From positions 1-53,778 of IMG/VR virus record IMGVR_UViG_3300032373_000013: DNA of 53,778 nucleotides; one strand, given 5' to 3'. Shown here one piece after another: positions 29,631-38,875 of the stretch. Source of the DNA: a virus (Duplodnaviria; Caudoviricetes). The notes under the pieces were generated by a model. The model was not told the origin of the DNA. It made no database searches and saw only the letters and a program-made list of their open reading frames with translations. The position numbers were made by a program, and so were the translations under genes. Numbering within the stretch: the first letter of the stretch is position 1; each line of letters begins with the position of its first letter.

Positions 29631-32600
29631 CGCCACCTTTGAAGCGTTGAACGCTCGCGCGAATGAACCGTTCGATGCGACATTCGAAGCGCTTCAGGCG
29701 CCGCCGGAGCGTGTGGATCCGACACGGAACGGGTACACGAAACTGACGGTCGGCGATTGGGCAGTGATCGATTCGATCGCGACCGACACGCGCACCTTGG
29801 GAGACGTCGGTGCCGAGTACGACTTCCTGGGAGGCAAGGACACCCCATTCTTTGGCGCAGCGGTTCGCCTGCGCGACCTCTACCAGTTGACGCGTGACAC
29901 GGCAGCGATGATCTCGGGTGAGGCCGACCGCGATGCACAGATGCGCGTTGCGGCGGCACGCGCGCGATCACTTCAGGACTCGACATTCGCGGCGAAAGTC
30001 GGAGGCATCCTCGGCTCGATGGCCACGACCGGTGTCGAGTTCGGCTTGACCGCGGGCGCCGGAAGCGCGATGAAGCTCGGCGCATCTGCGAGCCTGAAGG
30101 TAGCCAAAGGCGAGGTGCTCGATGAGCTCGCATCACGTGCGAGGGAGAGTGCTGTCTCGGCCGTCGTGAAGAAGATCCCCCCGAAGCTGCTCGCTGGAGC
30201 GTCGACAGCTGTCGGGGTCACGGCTGCACAAGAGGCGGTGCCCCGCGTCTTCGGGATGGGCGGCGGTGCTTGGACGCTGGCTGCGAGCCAGCGTGCCTTC
30301 GCGGACTGGAAGCCTGACGTTGAGGAGGCGAAGCATGTGGCGGCCCTTGCCAACGAGGGGATGGCTGAGTTCGTCAACGCGAAGCACCCGCTCTGGAAGG
30401 GCATGGTCGAAAAGCTGATCGAGAACGGCTTCGAGCAATCAGGGTCCGGGATCGCGCGACTCCCAGGTTTCTCATACCTGGCAGCGATTCAAACTAAGGC
30501 CCTCGGAAAAGTCGCTGGCGGCGCGGCAGGACGCGAGGGCATGGACAAGCTCGCCGAGTTTGCGCGCAAAGGGTTCGCGTACGACGGTCCGCTCCAGGAA
30601 GTGCTAGAGGAAGTCATCGGCGGCATGGCTGTCGAGGCTTGGGGCCAACAGGATGCATCGGCCTTCGTTGACGGTCTCCCGAAGGACATCGAGGAGTTGG
30701 CGGCGCTGTTCGTGGCGACGCTCATCCCCGGCCTCGGCGGCGCCGCGATCGTGCGCACTAGGAACGCGGTTCGCTCGCAGAAGCGCGCCGAGTTGAGGGG
30801 AGAGGATCAACAGAGCAACGGGGACGAGCAGGCCCCGGAGCAAAGGAAGGAAGAAACCCCCGCAGGGGGTGACGCAATTTCGCCGGGTGAAGCGACCGTT
30901 GAGAGCTCGGTCGTGGAGCCCGGCGTTTCTTCGGAGCCTGAGTCCGTGGCGGCATTCGCGGTGGCGGCCGAGCTCCAAGATGCTCAGCACGTAGAGCCAG
31001 GCGACGAGCGTGAGGCCGCCGCAGCGCAACTCGCCGTTAACTTCGGGCGAGAGATCATCCTGGTCTCAGGCAAGGGCAAGCCTCGTCAGTCGGGGATGAT
31101 TGACGAGCAGGGCCGGATGTTCGTGCATGCAGAAACGGCGTCACCGCTGGCTGTGGCTGTGCATGAACTCGGACACAAGGTTGCCGACACTCTTGGACCC
31201 GACCGGTTCCGGTCCGAGGTCGCGAAGATCGAAGAGGTCGCCCCCGGATTCGTTGCTCGCTACACGGAGCAATGGCGGCGCAGGGCCGAACGGGCGGATC
31301 CGGGCTCGTCAGGCGTTGACCCGGACACCGAGCTACAGGAAGGATTCGCGACGCTTGCAGAAGAGCACGCTGCGCTGATCGCTCACGCGACGACCGAGCA
31401 AGGGGCGGCGGATCTCGAGATAGTCGCGAGGCAAGCACCGACGCTCTTCCGGTCGATCGTAGACGCGGTCAAAGACCTATTCGGGCGACTGCCGAAGGAC
31501 TCCCTACGCGCCGCTCGGCAGCGCATCGAGAGCATCACTGGCACCGCCCCAGACCAGCAGGCCGCACAGCTCTCGCAAGCTCTCTCAGACCTCTACACGC
31601 GCACGCTGAATCCGGAGGCGAAGCAAGAGGCCCAGGGGGCCACGGACGCCGTCCGTGCGCGATCGGGCGCTGACTCCAGTCCGCAGCCAGAGGATGGCAC
31701 TGCGGCGCTCCTGGGGGAGCTACAGCAGGAGGCGGACCGTCTCGGCGTCGCGCGCGTCCGAATCGTCCCACGGGGACCTGGAGCGGATCCTGCGCTACGT
31801 GAACCGACGCCGGGTCCGAGCCTAGAACCCTCCCCGCGCACCCAGTCCGATAGCGGTGACGGGGTGGTCGAAGCTCCGCCGCGAGATGAGTACGCATCGG
31901 GGTCACGACCGCCGCGTCCGGACCGGAATAACCCCCTGGTGACGGCAGAGGGTCGTGCAGCCCTGGACGCTGTCGATCGCGGGAGGAACGAGCAGGGGCT
32001 CCCCGAGGTGATGCCGAGAGCGGACTCAATGCGCACCGCGCGCGAGCGGCTCCGTGAGGACTACTCAGGCACCCGGATCGAGATCGAGAAGAAGTTGGCT
32101 GCGGGGGACCAACTCTCGTCCTGGGAGACGCATGCCGTCGTGGACATCATGGACGGCCTCTCACTTGAGGCGTTGCGTGGTGTTCCTGGTGCGATGGGGG
32201 ACTTCGTCGAGATCGGTGAGGCATACCGCGCGGTACGCGGAGAAACGGCGCGAGCTCTCGCAACGATTGCGGGCCGCGGTCGCCCTGGAGCAGACGGCAA
32301 GTCCGCACGGGAGATGGTTCTCGACATGCTCTCGGTCCCGACCCGCGCGAACCGTCGCAAGCTGCGAGAGATTGAGCGCGAGGCGGGGGACATCATCCGC
32401 AGGGTCGGGAAGTTCAAGGGCGACAAGGCCCGCTTCCTCACGACCAGATTCCAGCGCGAGTACACCGAGCGGACGAGTAGGCGGTTCGCACCGACGTCTG
32501 ATCTCCGGTTTGCGCCGAACGACTTCAATGATCGTGGGCAACCGATCTCGGAAGAGCGTCTCGAGCACCTCGCAGAGCAGAAGGAGAAGATCAAGGCCGA

Positions 32601-34581
32601 CGAGGCGAAGCGCATGGAACGCGCGGCGGAGGCCCTACAGCGAGCAGGGTTCGACCCCTCAGATATGTCCGCCGAGCGGATGCTCGATCCGAACGACGGC
32701 TGGAAGATCAAGAACATCATCTCCGCCGCCAAGGCGACTAAGACGGAGAAGCTCCTGGAGTATCGCTACGCATCGATGCTGTCTGGCGTACGAACGCACG
32801 TGCGCAACATGACGGGCAACGGCGTACAGCTCTTCCTCGAAGGCCCAGCGCAGAAGGGCGCCGAGGCTCTCGTGAACCTGGCTATCAAGGACCCGAACAG
32901 TCCGGCTGGTTCAGAACTCGCGTGGTGGTCTCGTGGGTTCTTCGCACATTTGCGCCCGGCGTTTAGGAATCTCGTCAATGCCTACCGCACAGAGGGCCCG
33001 ACGTGGGAACTCGACCTCCAGCGCAAGGGTGTCGAGATGGGTGAGTACGGATCGCGGCTCGATGCCATTCACGGCGTCAAGAGCGCGAATCCGATGATGA
33101 AGGCCCTGCGTCATCTGTCGCTCAACACCCTTCAGGCTGGAGATGAGTTCATCAAGACGCTCTCGGGCGGAGCTGAGGCATGGTCGCTCGCGTTCCGGAA
33201 CGCGCACAACGAGAAGTTGCGTGGCAAGGAGCGGGAGGTGCGAGCCATGGAGATGCTCGCGGACGCCAACGATCCGCTATGGACGCAGTCGCTCTACAAG
33301 GCTCGAGCGGTCACGTTCCAGGACGAAGGCGGTGTAGCTTCGCAGAAGGCGAATGAGATCCTGAACAAGTTCGTCGGTTCGCTCGATGAGCTTGGAGAGA
33401 ACACCGTCCGCATTCCGATCGGGACGCTTCTCATTCCGTTCAGGCGTACGCCTATCCGAATCGCCGCGACTGCGCTTCGCCGCACGCCGCTCCAATCGCT
33501 CGTCCTGCCGTCGCGCTGGATCAATGGCGTCTACAAAGGGGATCGAAACGCGCTCGTCCGGGATCTGGCGGATGCGATGATCGCTTGGGGCCTGACGCTT
33601 GCCGTCCTTGAGCTCGTGGACAAGGAGGACGAAGACGGGCTCCCCTTCATCACGGGCTCGCGATCGGACAGCAGCGGGGAGAACGCGCTCTCGTATCGAA
33701 CCGCGCCGCCAATGTCGATCCGCGTCGGCGACGAGTATCGCGACTACAGCAGCGTAGAGCCGTTCTCAACGTCCGTTGCGATGCTCATTGCAGGAGCGAC
33801 CAAGTTCAAGGAGACGGGCGACATCGAGGTATTCCAGGCGCTCCTCGCAGCAGCAGCTTCGCAGACGAAGGACAAGACGTTCATGCGGACGATCGGGGAC
33901 CTCATGGAACTTGCGGACGGTCAGCGCGTCGGCAAGGATCGGTTCCCGGCGTTCTTGCGCAGCACACTCGTTACGCCGATGGTGCCGAACGCAATCCGCC
34001 AGGTCGCTCGAGAGTCTGATGACGTGCTTCGAGAGCGCCGCACTTCCGATCAAGGGAAGCTCGCGTTCTGGACGGATGGGATCATGTCCACGAGCGCGGA
34101 CCCCATCGCCCGACTTACGGGCGCAGAGCCCAAGCGACCGAAGTACGACCTATGGGGGCGGGTGATCGAGCGGCCCCATGTACGCCACCAGGCGACGGAC
34201 CTGGTGTTCCGCTTGCTTGACCCGCTACCGCCGCGGCAGTCACTCGACGAAGTGTCACGCATCGATATCGCTCTGCGCAGGTGGAGGCAGAAGGTGGACA
34301 CCGGAGAGGTCACGGAGGGGCGCTACTCTCTGCCCGGTCGGCCTGCTACCGGATTCTCGATCGACGGCGTGAAGTACACGATGACGCCGAGCGAGTATGA
34401 GCGCTACGCCCGCGATTCCGGCCAGGCTGCGTCGGCGTCGATCTTGGGCAACACATCAATCAAACTCGACGATCCCTCTCAGAAGGATCACGACGCGATT
34501 CACAAAGCGATCAGAAGCGCCCGGTCGGCCGTCCTCAAGGAGATCAAAGCAGAGCGGCGCAGCCTGGCGAGCACGAGATGA
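29617..34581 (+). CDS. Large ejection/polyvalent-type protein with zincin HExxH motif
   Basis: About 1654 aa; AVHELGH...EGFA; C-terminal IPFRRTP, YSSVEPF and YDLWG motifs typical of large podovirus internal proteins. Confidence 0.8.
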   Translation: METFDATFEALNARANEPFDATFEALQAPPERVDPTRNGYTKLTVGDWAVIDSIATDTRTLGDVGAEYDFLGGKDTPFFGAAVRLRDLYQLTRDTAAMISGEADRDAQMRVAAARARSLQDSTFAAKVGGILGSMATTGVEFGLTAGAGSAMKLGASASLKVAKGEVLDELASRARESAVSAVVKKIPPKLLAGASTAVGVTAAQEAVPRVFGMGGGAWTLAASQRAFADWKPDVEEAKHVAALANEGMAEFVNAKHPLWKGMVEKLIENGFEQSGSGIARLPGFSYLAAIQTKALGKVAGGAAGREGMDKLAEFARKGFAYDGPLQEVLEEVIGGMAVEAWGQQDASAFVDGLPKDIEELAALFVATLIPGLGGAAIVRTRNAVRSQKRAELRGEDQQSNGDEQAPEQRKEETPAGGDAISPGEATVESSVVEPGVSSEPESVAAFAVAAELQDAQHVEPGDEREAAAAQLAVNFGREIILVSGKGKPRQSGMIDEQGRMFVHAETASPLAVAVHELGHKVADTLGPDRFRSEVAKIEEVAPGFVARYTEQWRRRAERADPGSSGVDPDTELQEGFATLAEEHAALIAHATTEQGAADLEIVARQAPTLFRSIVDAVKDLFGRLPKDSLRAARQRIESITGTAPDQQAAQLSQALSDLYTRTLNPEAKQEAQGATDAVRARSGADSSPQPEDGTAALLGELQQEADRLGVARVRIVPRGPGADPALREPTPGPSLEPSPRTQSDSGDGVVEAPPRDEYASGSRPPRPDRNNPLVTAEGRAALDAVDRGRNEQGLPEVMPRADSMRTARERLREDYSGTRIEIEKKLAAGDQLSSWETHAVVDIMDGLSLEALRGVPGAMGDFVEIGEAYRAVRGETARALATIAGRGRPGADGKSAREMVLDMLSVPTRANRRKLREIEREAGDIIRRVGKFKGDKARFLTTRFQREYTERTSRRFAPTSDLRFAPNDFNDRGQPISEERLEHLAEQKEKIKADEAKRMERAAEALQRAGFDPSDMSAERMLDPNDGWKIKNIISAAKATKTEKLLEYRYASMLSGVRTHVRNMTGNGVQLFLEGPAQKGAEALVNLAIKDPNSPAGSELAWWSRGFFAHLRPAFRNLVNAYRTEGPTWELDLQRKGVEMGEYGSRLDAIHGVKSANPMMKALRHLSLNTLQAGDEFIKTLSGGAEAWSLAFRNAHNEKLRGKEREVRAMEMLADANDPLWTQSLYKARAVTFQDEGGVASQKANEILNKFVGSLDELGENTVRIPIGTLLIPFRRTPIRIAATALRRTPLQSLVLPSRWINGVYKGDRNALVRDLADAMIAWGLTLAVLELVDKEDEDGLPFITGSRSDSSGENALSYRTAPPMSIRVGDEYRDYSSVEPFSTSVAMLIAGATKFKETGDIEVFQALLAAAASQTKDKTFMRTIGDLMELADGQRVGKDRFPAFLRSTLVTPMVPNAIRQVARESDDVLRERRTSDQGKLAFWTDGIMSTSADPIARLTGAEPKRPKYDLWGRVIERPHVRHQATDLVFRLLDPLPPRQSLDEVSRIDIALRRWRQKVDTGEVTEGRYSLPGRPATGFSIDGVKYTMTPSEYERYARDSGQAASASILGNTSIKLDDPSQKDHDAIHKAIRSARSAVLKEIKAERRSLASTR

Positions 34582-34767
34582 GCCAGAGCACGAAGACGGC
34601 ATACGCCCAGAGCGCGAGCGTGCGCAGTACCTCCTTGCGATCCTCGGTCATTCGTATCACTCCCCAACCCTACACGACCCCGCGCATTCCTACTGCCACG
34701 CGCGAGGCCGCACTGCCCCCCTTGGAATCGAATCACCCAACACCGCCCGTAGCCCCAAGGGGACGCA

Positions 34768-35205
34768 ATGGACATCCACGACCTCGCCGAGATCACATCG
34801 CTGGTTCTCACTACTCCGACCATCTTTCTATCTGTAGCGGTGGTGTGGCTCTGGGCACCATCGGCGGTTAGGGCAGTGCGAGCGGGACTCGCAAGCGGGG
34901 ATGACTGGTTCATCCTCGGCGTAACGCTCGGGTTCGTGGGCTCGTCGGTAGATAACCTGTACTGGTCGCTCCCGTGGACCGCGTCGTTCCTGTCGCATCC
35001 GTGGGCGGACCCGCTGTTCGAGAGCGGGGTGTACATCAACGTCCCGTTCCGCCAGGGCTTCGGGATCTGCGCCGCGTACTGCCACCTTCGAGCCGCCGAG
35101 GTATCGCTCAAGGGCCCGGCGCGCATCCTGAACAAGCTCCTCGTGGCCTCATACGTCCTCTCGTTCGCGTTACTCGCGGCGCTCCTCTCAGCCAAGTTCA
35201 TGTAG
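34768..35205 (+). CDS. Multi-pass membrane protein, holin candidate
   Basis: Three to four hydrophobic segments in 145 aa, after the virion genes. Confidence 0.6.
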   Translation: MDIHDLAEITSLVLTTPTIFLSVAVVWLWAPSAVRAVRAGLASGDDWFILGVTLGFVGSSVDNLYWSLPWTASFLSHPWADPLFESGVYINVPFRQGFGICAAYCHLRAAEVSLKGPARILNKLLVASYVLSFALLAALLSAKFM

Positions 35206-35480
35206 TGCAGACATCCGGTGTAGACGTGACGGTGGTCGTAGCGGCCGGGACAGCAATGGGGGGCGCGATTGCGTTCCTCTTCAAGATCGTGATCGAGTTG
35301 TCACGTGAGCAGTCCCAGACGCGCGAGGAGGTAGGTGAGTTCCGTGGGCGACACGAGGGCATCAAGCACCTGTCCGCGCAAGTGCTCCAGACCGTGCACG
35401 ACGCTACAACTACAGCCGCGAGCCAGCCGCGCGAGGAGCCAATCCCGGAAGCTCGAGTAGAGCCGAGCCCGGACACCTAG
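35205..35480 (+). CDS. Single-TM coiled-coil protein (lysis-module candidate)
   Basis: TAGTG coupling; VVVAAGTAMGGAIAFLFKIVI then helix. Confidence 0.6.
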   Translation: MQTSGVDVTVVVAAGTAMGGAIAFLFKIVIELSREQSQTREEVGEFRGRHEGIKHLSAQVLQTVHDATTTAASQPREEPIPEARVEPSPDT

Positions 35481-35563
35481 CGCCACCTACGCCAGAGCAG
35501 GAGCGTGAGCAGCACCAGCAGGAGGGCCAGCGCTACGCCGAGTTCGTGGCCGGGGAGGGTCAC
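35477..35563 (-). CDS. 28-aa membrane peptide MTLPGHELGVALALLLVLLTLLLWRRWR (not in ORF track)
   Basis: GTG overlaps the upstream TGA (GTGA); one TM helix with a basic tail. Confidence 0.6.
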   Translation of the reverse strand: MTLPGHELGVALALLLVLLTLLLWRRWR

Positions 35564-36486
35564 GGGGAGTCGATGGACTTCGGCTCCATTGCACGGTCGC
35601 GCCGTGCGTCCCAGCCTTCCGGCGCGCACAGCTTGAGGAAGGACTCGTCATCGCCCTCGTGGAATCCAGCGACGTTGACTTCTCGCAGCAGTCCCCGCAA
35701 CCCCTCGGCCTCGGCGCGGGCGGCGTTCCGTTCACGAAGTAGGCGCGCGGCGTAGGATCGCTCAGAGCCGTCTTCCGGAACTCTGTCGTTTGGTTCGGGG
35801 ATGGATTCCGCATCCATCGCCAGGGGTCCTCTTCGCCTCGCGACTTGCTCGAGGATCTCCCCGCGCCACTCGCTCCATCCATCGCCCGGAAGGTCGAGAT
35901 TGAGGAAAGCCTCAGCGACGTCCGGGAAGCGGATGAGTAGATCGACGCACCGGAGGGCGTCCGAGTTGTCACGCGGCGCAACCGGGGATAGAGAACGCGG
36001 AAGGGGCAGTGACGGGTCGAATGCCGTCAAGATCGCCAGCGCGCTATAGCCCGCTTCCGGCCCTAGCATCCATTCGAGGTACTCGACGCGCCGCTCGGCT
36101 TCCCGCCGCTCGTAGCGCTCCTCAACGGCTTGCTCGTTCAGCCCCCGTGATTCGTCCTTCTCGCGGGCGAGTGCAGCCTCCAACTCGGCGACGCGGGCGC
36201 GGAGGGCGTTCAAGTTCGAGCGCTCGATACAGACCTCGACACCTTCTTCAAACCAGTCCTCGCTATCGTCGTCGTACAGAACGCGGTACGCGGGGCCTGG
36301 GTCACCCTCAAGGACGTCACCCTGGTGAGACGCTGGCGGGTCGTACCTGTCGACGCGGTAGACCACACCTTGCACGACGCGATCCCCGTTGCGCAGGTCT
36401 TCGATGCGGACGTAGCCGGCATCGTCGACACGCGGCTCGGCCGCGGGCTCCACGGCGCCGGAGTCGATGGGCGGATCAATTCCCAT
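35560..36486 (-). CDS. Hypothetical mosaic early protein
   Basis: Likely ATG 36486 with GAGG upstream; LRARVAELE coiled coils. Confidence 0.65.
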   Translation of the reverse strand: MGIDPPIDSGAVEPAAEPRVDDAGYVRIEDLRNGDRVVQGVVYRVDRYDPPASHQGDVLEGDPGPAYRVLYDDDSEDWFEEGVEVCIERSNLNALRARVAELEAALAREKDESRGLNEQAVEERYERREAERRVEYLEWMLGPEAGYSALAILTAFDPSLPLPRSLSPVAPRDNSDALRCVDLLIRFPDVAEAFLNLDLPGDGWSEWRGEILEQVARRRGPLAMDAESIPEPNDRVPEDGSERSYAARLLRERNAARAEAEGLRGLLREVNVAGFHEGDDESFLKLCAPEGWDARRDRAMEPKSIDSP

Positions 36487-36832
36487 CGCCCTCGTCCTCC
36501 TCGATGAACGTGAGCGCTCGACGCACGTACTCGTCCTGCCGGTCGCAGAGGGGGCAGACTTCGATGTACCCGGCAGCGTTGAACGTCCTTCGCAGTGCGA
36601 ACCTGTAACGCAGGCCGTTCCACCCATCGGTCGCCGCTTCTGCGATCTCGATTAGCCGCGCCGACGTCTCGAGATCGGGCGGCACGCCTTCAGTGTTGAC
36701 GTAGATCGGCTGGCACGGTCCCGCGTGACAATTTTCGTCGTCGCTGCAAGCTGTCAGCGCGAGCGATGTGACTGCGGCGAGTGCAAGGGTTCGGAGAGCT
36801 GCGATGGATCGCGGTTCTTGTGACTCAGGCAT
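36476..36832 (-). CDS. Hypothetical protein, possible lipoprotein
   Basis: GGAGG RBS; LALAAVTSLALTA|C. Confidence 0.55.
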   Translation of the reverse strand: MPESQEPRSIAALRTLALAAVTSLALTACSDDENCHAGPCQPIYVNTEGVPPDLETSARLIEIAEAATDGWNGLRYRFALRRTFNAAGYIEVCPLCDRQDEYVRRALTFIEEDEGDGN

Positions 36833-37304
36833 TCGCGCCACCTCCGCCGAGTAGCAGTTGCGGCTTCTCGCCGGACTCGATCGAGAGCACGAGGTTGTGC
36901 CCGATCGCTTCGTAGACGGTTCGACCGGCACCGGGCACTACGGTCCAAGCTAGGAACTCCTCTTCGATCGTCGAGATGCCGACCTCGCACGCTTCGAGCT
37001 TCGCCTTCACGACGAGCAGCAGAGCGCGCCAGCGCGAACGGCACGCTTGTTCCCAAGCCTTCTCGGCTGCATCCGCGGCCCGCTTCTGGCCCTTCGAGGG
37101 CGTGTGCGTGAACTCGCGCGACTCTGGGTCGGGGAGTTGAAGCTCCATGCGGATCGCTCTATCGCCGAACACGAACCCGATCGCCGCCACGTCGCCGTTC
37201 CATCCGGCGATGAACTGCGACGCGCCGTACCGGTGTAGGAGCGCTTCGATCTCCGCGCGCGACTTCGCGACGCTGACGCTCGTCTGTGAGGCGTACGCCA
37301 TCAC
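36825..37304 (-). CDS. Conserved phage hypothetical protein
   Basis: YASQTSVS..KSRAEIE...WRALLLVVKAKLE...EEEFL family motif. Confidence 0.8.
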   Translation of the reverse strand: MMAYASQTSVSVAKSRAEIEALLHRYGASQFIAGWNGDVAAIGFVFGDRAIRMELQLPDPESREFTHTPSKGQKRAADAAEKAWEQACRSRWRALLLVVKAKLEACEVGISTIEEEFLAWTVVPGAGRTVYEAIGHNLVLSIESGEKPQLLLGGGGANA

Positions 37305-37344
37305 TCGACCTCCGTGGGGTTCATGGATCGCGATTCCTGCCCAC

Positions 37345-38100
37345 TCATGACGCGCTCCTGCGCCACTCCAGGGCGCTAACGGTCCGACCGGGCTCGTCGA
37401 GCACGTTGAGGCGCGCGAACGAGCCGTGAAGCTCTAGGGCGGCCTCGTTGTACGCAGACGCGGCTTCACGTTCGGTCACGTAGCTTCCCAAGTGACGATG
37501 CTTGCCGTTCGTGCTGATGAGTGCGGTCCAGCGCTTCGACGGTCCTGATTGCGTGACACCCCGGTACGCGCTCTTCGTTCGCTTGTTCGGCCCAACGTTG
37601 CGAGCGTTCTCGCTGCGCGAGCATGCGCGTAGGTTCCCTGACGCGTTGTTCGATGAGTTGCCGTCGATATGATCGACTTCGAGCGGCCAGGCGTCCGCGC
37701 CGTGAGCGATCGCGTAGACGACGCGGTGGGCGTAGTACTGGGCGCCCTTGAAGCCCACCATCCAGCGACCACGCGGAAGGATGCGCCCAGCAGGATCTCC
37801 GGGTCGTCGGCTGCCGCACTTGTATCGAAAGCGGAGCCCTGATGGCACAGAGCCATCGAGCGAGTACTGCGCACGCAGCTTCTCGACATCCGGGAGTCGA
37901 CGAATTCGGGTGCCGCGGCGTGTCGGTTCGATGGATTGCAAATCTCCCGCCTCACCCTCGCTCACCGGGTCTCCCGACCCCGCGTCGCCAGGCGCTTGTC
38001 CGCGCAACTCCCAGCACGTCCCAACGCCGGTAGATTTTGTGGGCTCCGCTACGGGCTCCACGCCTTCGGGAGTGGATGGATTTTTGGGGTGCTCAGGCAT
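37345..38100 (-). CDS. HNH homing endonuclease with C-terminal AP2 domain
   Basis: AHRVVY...VDHIDGNSSNNASGNLR..S.SEN; YRGV...WTALI...LGSY.TEREAASAYN. Confidence 0.92.
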   Translation of the reverse strand: MPEHPKNPSTPEGVEPVAEPTKSTGVGTCWELRGQAPGDAGSGDPVSEGEAGDLQSIEPTRRGTRIRRLPDVEKLRAQYSLDGSVPSGLRFRYKCGSRRPGDPAGRILPRGRWMVGFKGAQYYAHRVVYAIAHGADAWPLEVDHIDGNSSNNASGNLRACSRSENARNVGPNKRTKSAYRGVTQSGPSKRWTALISTNGKHRHLGSYVTEREAASAYNEAALELHGSFARLNVLDEPGRTVSALEWRRSAS

Positions 38101-38311
38101 CGGATTCCTCCTCGCCGAGGGCTTTGGCGAGGGCGACGTTCTCCTCCATCAGCGCAATCAACCGATCGAGACGCGCGCAAATCGCTTCGGCTCTATGGTT
38201 CGCGCAGTCATTGAATTGCCGGATCGGAGCCGTGGTGAAGTCACCGACTCCGGCGTAGGTATCGCGCATGTTCGCCCACGGGGCGAGCAGCTCCTCGTCG
38301 TGCGCGCTCAT
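38093..38311 (-). CDS. Hypothetical protein
   Basis: ATGA overlap; GGAGG RBS. Confidence 0.6.
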   Translation of the reverse strand: MSAHDEELLAPWANMRDTYAGVGDFTTAPIRQFNDCANHRAEAICARLDRLIALMEENVALAKALGEEESDA

Positions 38312-38520
38312 GCGTCCGCCTCCGCATCTCGCTCCTTCAGCGTGTCGAGCTTCGCGTCGAGCCAGGTAAGGGCGTCGGACGGACGGTTGAACGTCTTCAC
38401 GATCTCCTCGTCGCGAACGAGTACACAGCCCGACGACGTCGCGGACTTGTAGAGATCGACGAGGTATCCCTGGGCTTCCAGGCGATCGAGGAGCGCTGCG
38501 GTCTTGGTTCGTTCAGTCAT
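38308..38520 (-). CDS. Hypothetical protein
   Basis: First ORF after the tRNA cluster; coupled to the next gene. Confidence 0.6.
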   Translation of the reverse strand: MTERTKTAALLDRLEAQGYLVDLYKSATSSGCVLVRDEEIVKTFNRPSDALTWLDAKLDTLKERDAEADA

Positions 38521-38608
38521 GGGTTCGTGTGTGAGTAGGGCCGCGCCCGACCTTCCGTGAGGAAGGCTGCTCCGCCCCCTCCGAGGGGCATCCGGGCGCG
38601 GCTGTGAG

Positions 38609-38684
38609 TGGCGTAGACGGAGGGACTCGAACCCCCAACCGCTCCGTTAACAGCGGAGCGCTCTGCCAGTTGAGCTACGTCTAC
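38609..38684 (-). tRNA. trnN: tRNA-Asn(GTT)
   Basis: 76 nt: acceptor GTAGACG/CGTCTAC, D arm GCTC/GAGC, anticodon arm CTCCG-CTGTTAA-CGGAG, TTCGAGT loop, G73, encoded CCA. Confidence 0.96.
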
Positions 38685-38687
38685 GTG

Positions 38688-38765
38688 TGGCGCCCCTCCC
38701 GGGAATCGAACCCGGTCCCATCTCGAACCCGTCGGATCGAGTGTGCTCGCGTACACCATCGGGGC
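38688..38765 (-). tRNA. Aberrant tRNA-like gene (10-nt anticodon loop; pseudo-tRNA or mimic)
   Basis: Perfect T arm CCGGG-TTCGATT-CCCGG, CCA end, anticodon stem CTCGA/TCGAG; loop TCCGACGGGT, two acceptor mismatches, D loop lacks GG. Confidence 0.75.
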
Positions 38766-38875
38766 CTAGTTGCGGGCCTTCCACCCGCTCGGCTTGCGCT
38801 TGCTACCCGCGCCCTTCTCCCTTCTCGAAAAGTGTGAAAGGTGATGACTCTTTCCCTACGGCGCGGGCGTGCTCG

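Noticed and set aside
34578-34871. 97-aa ORF after the large ejection protein
   Set aside because: Low-complexity S/T/P/R composition and a 100-bp overlap with the better membrane ORF; the ATGA coupling leaves some doubt.
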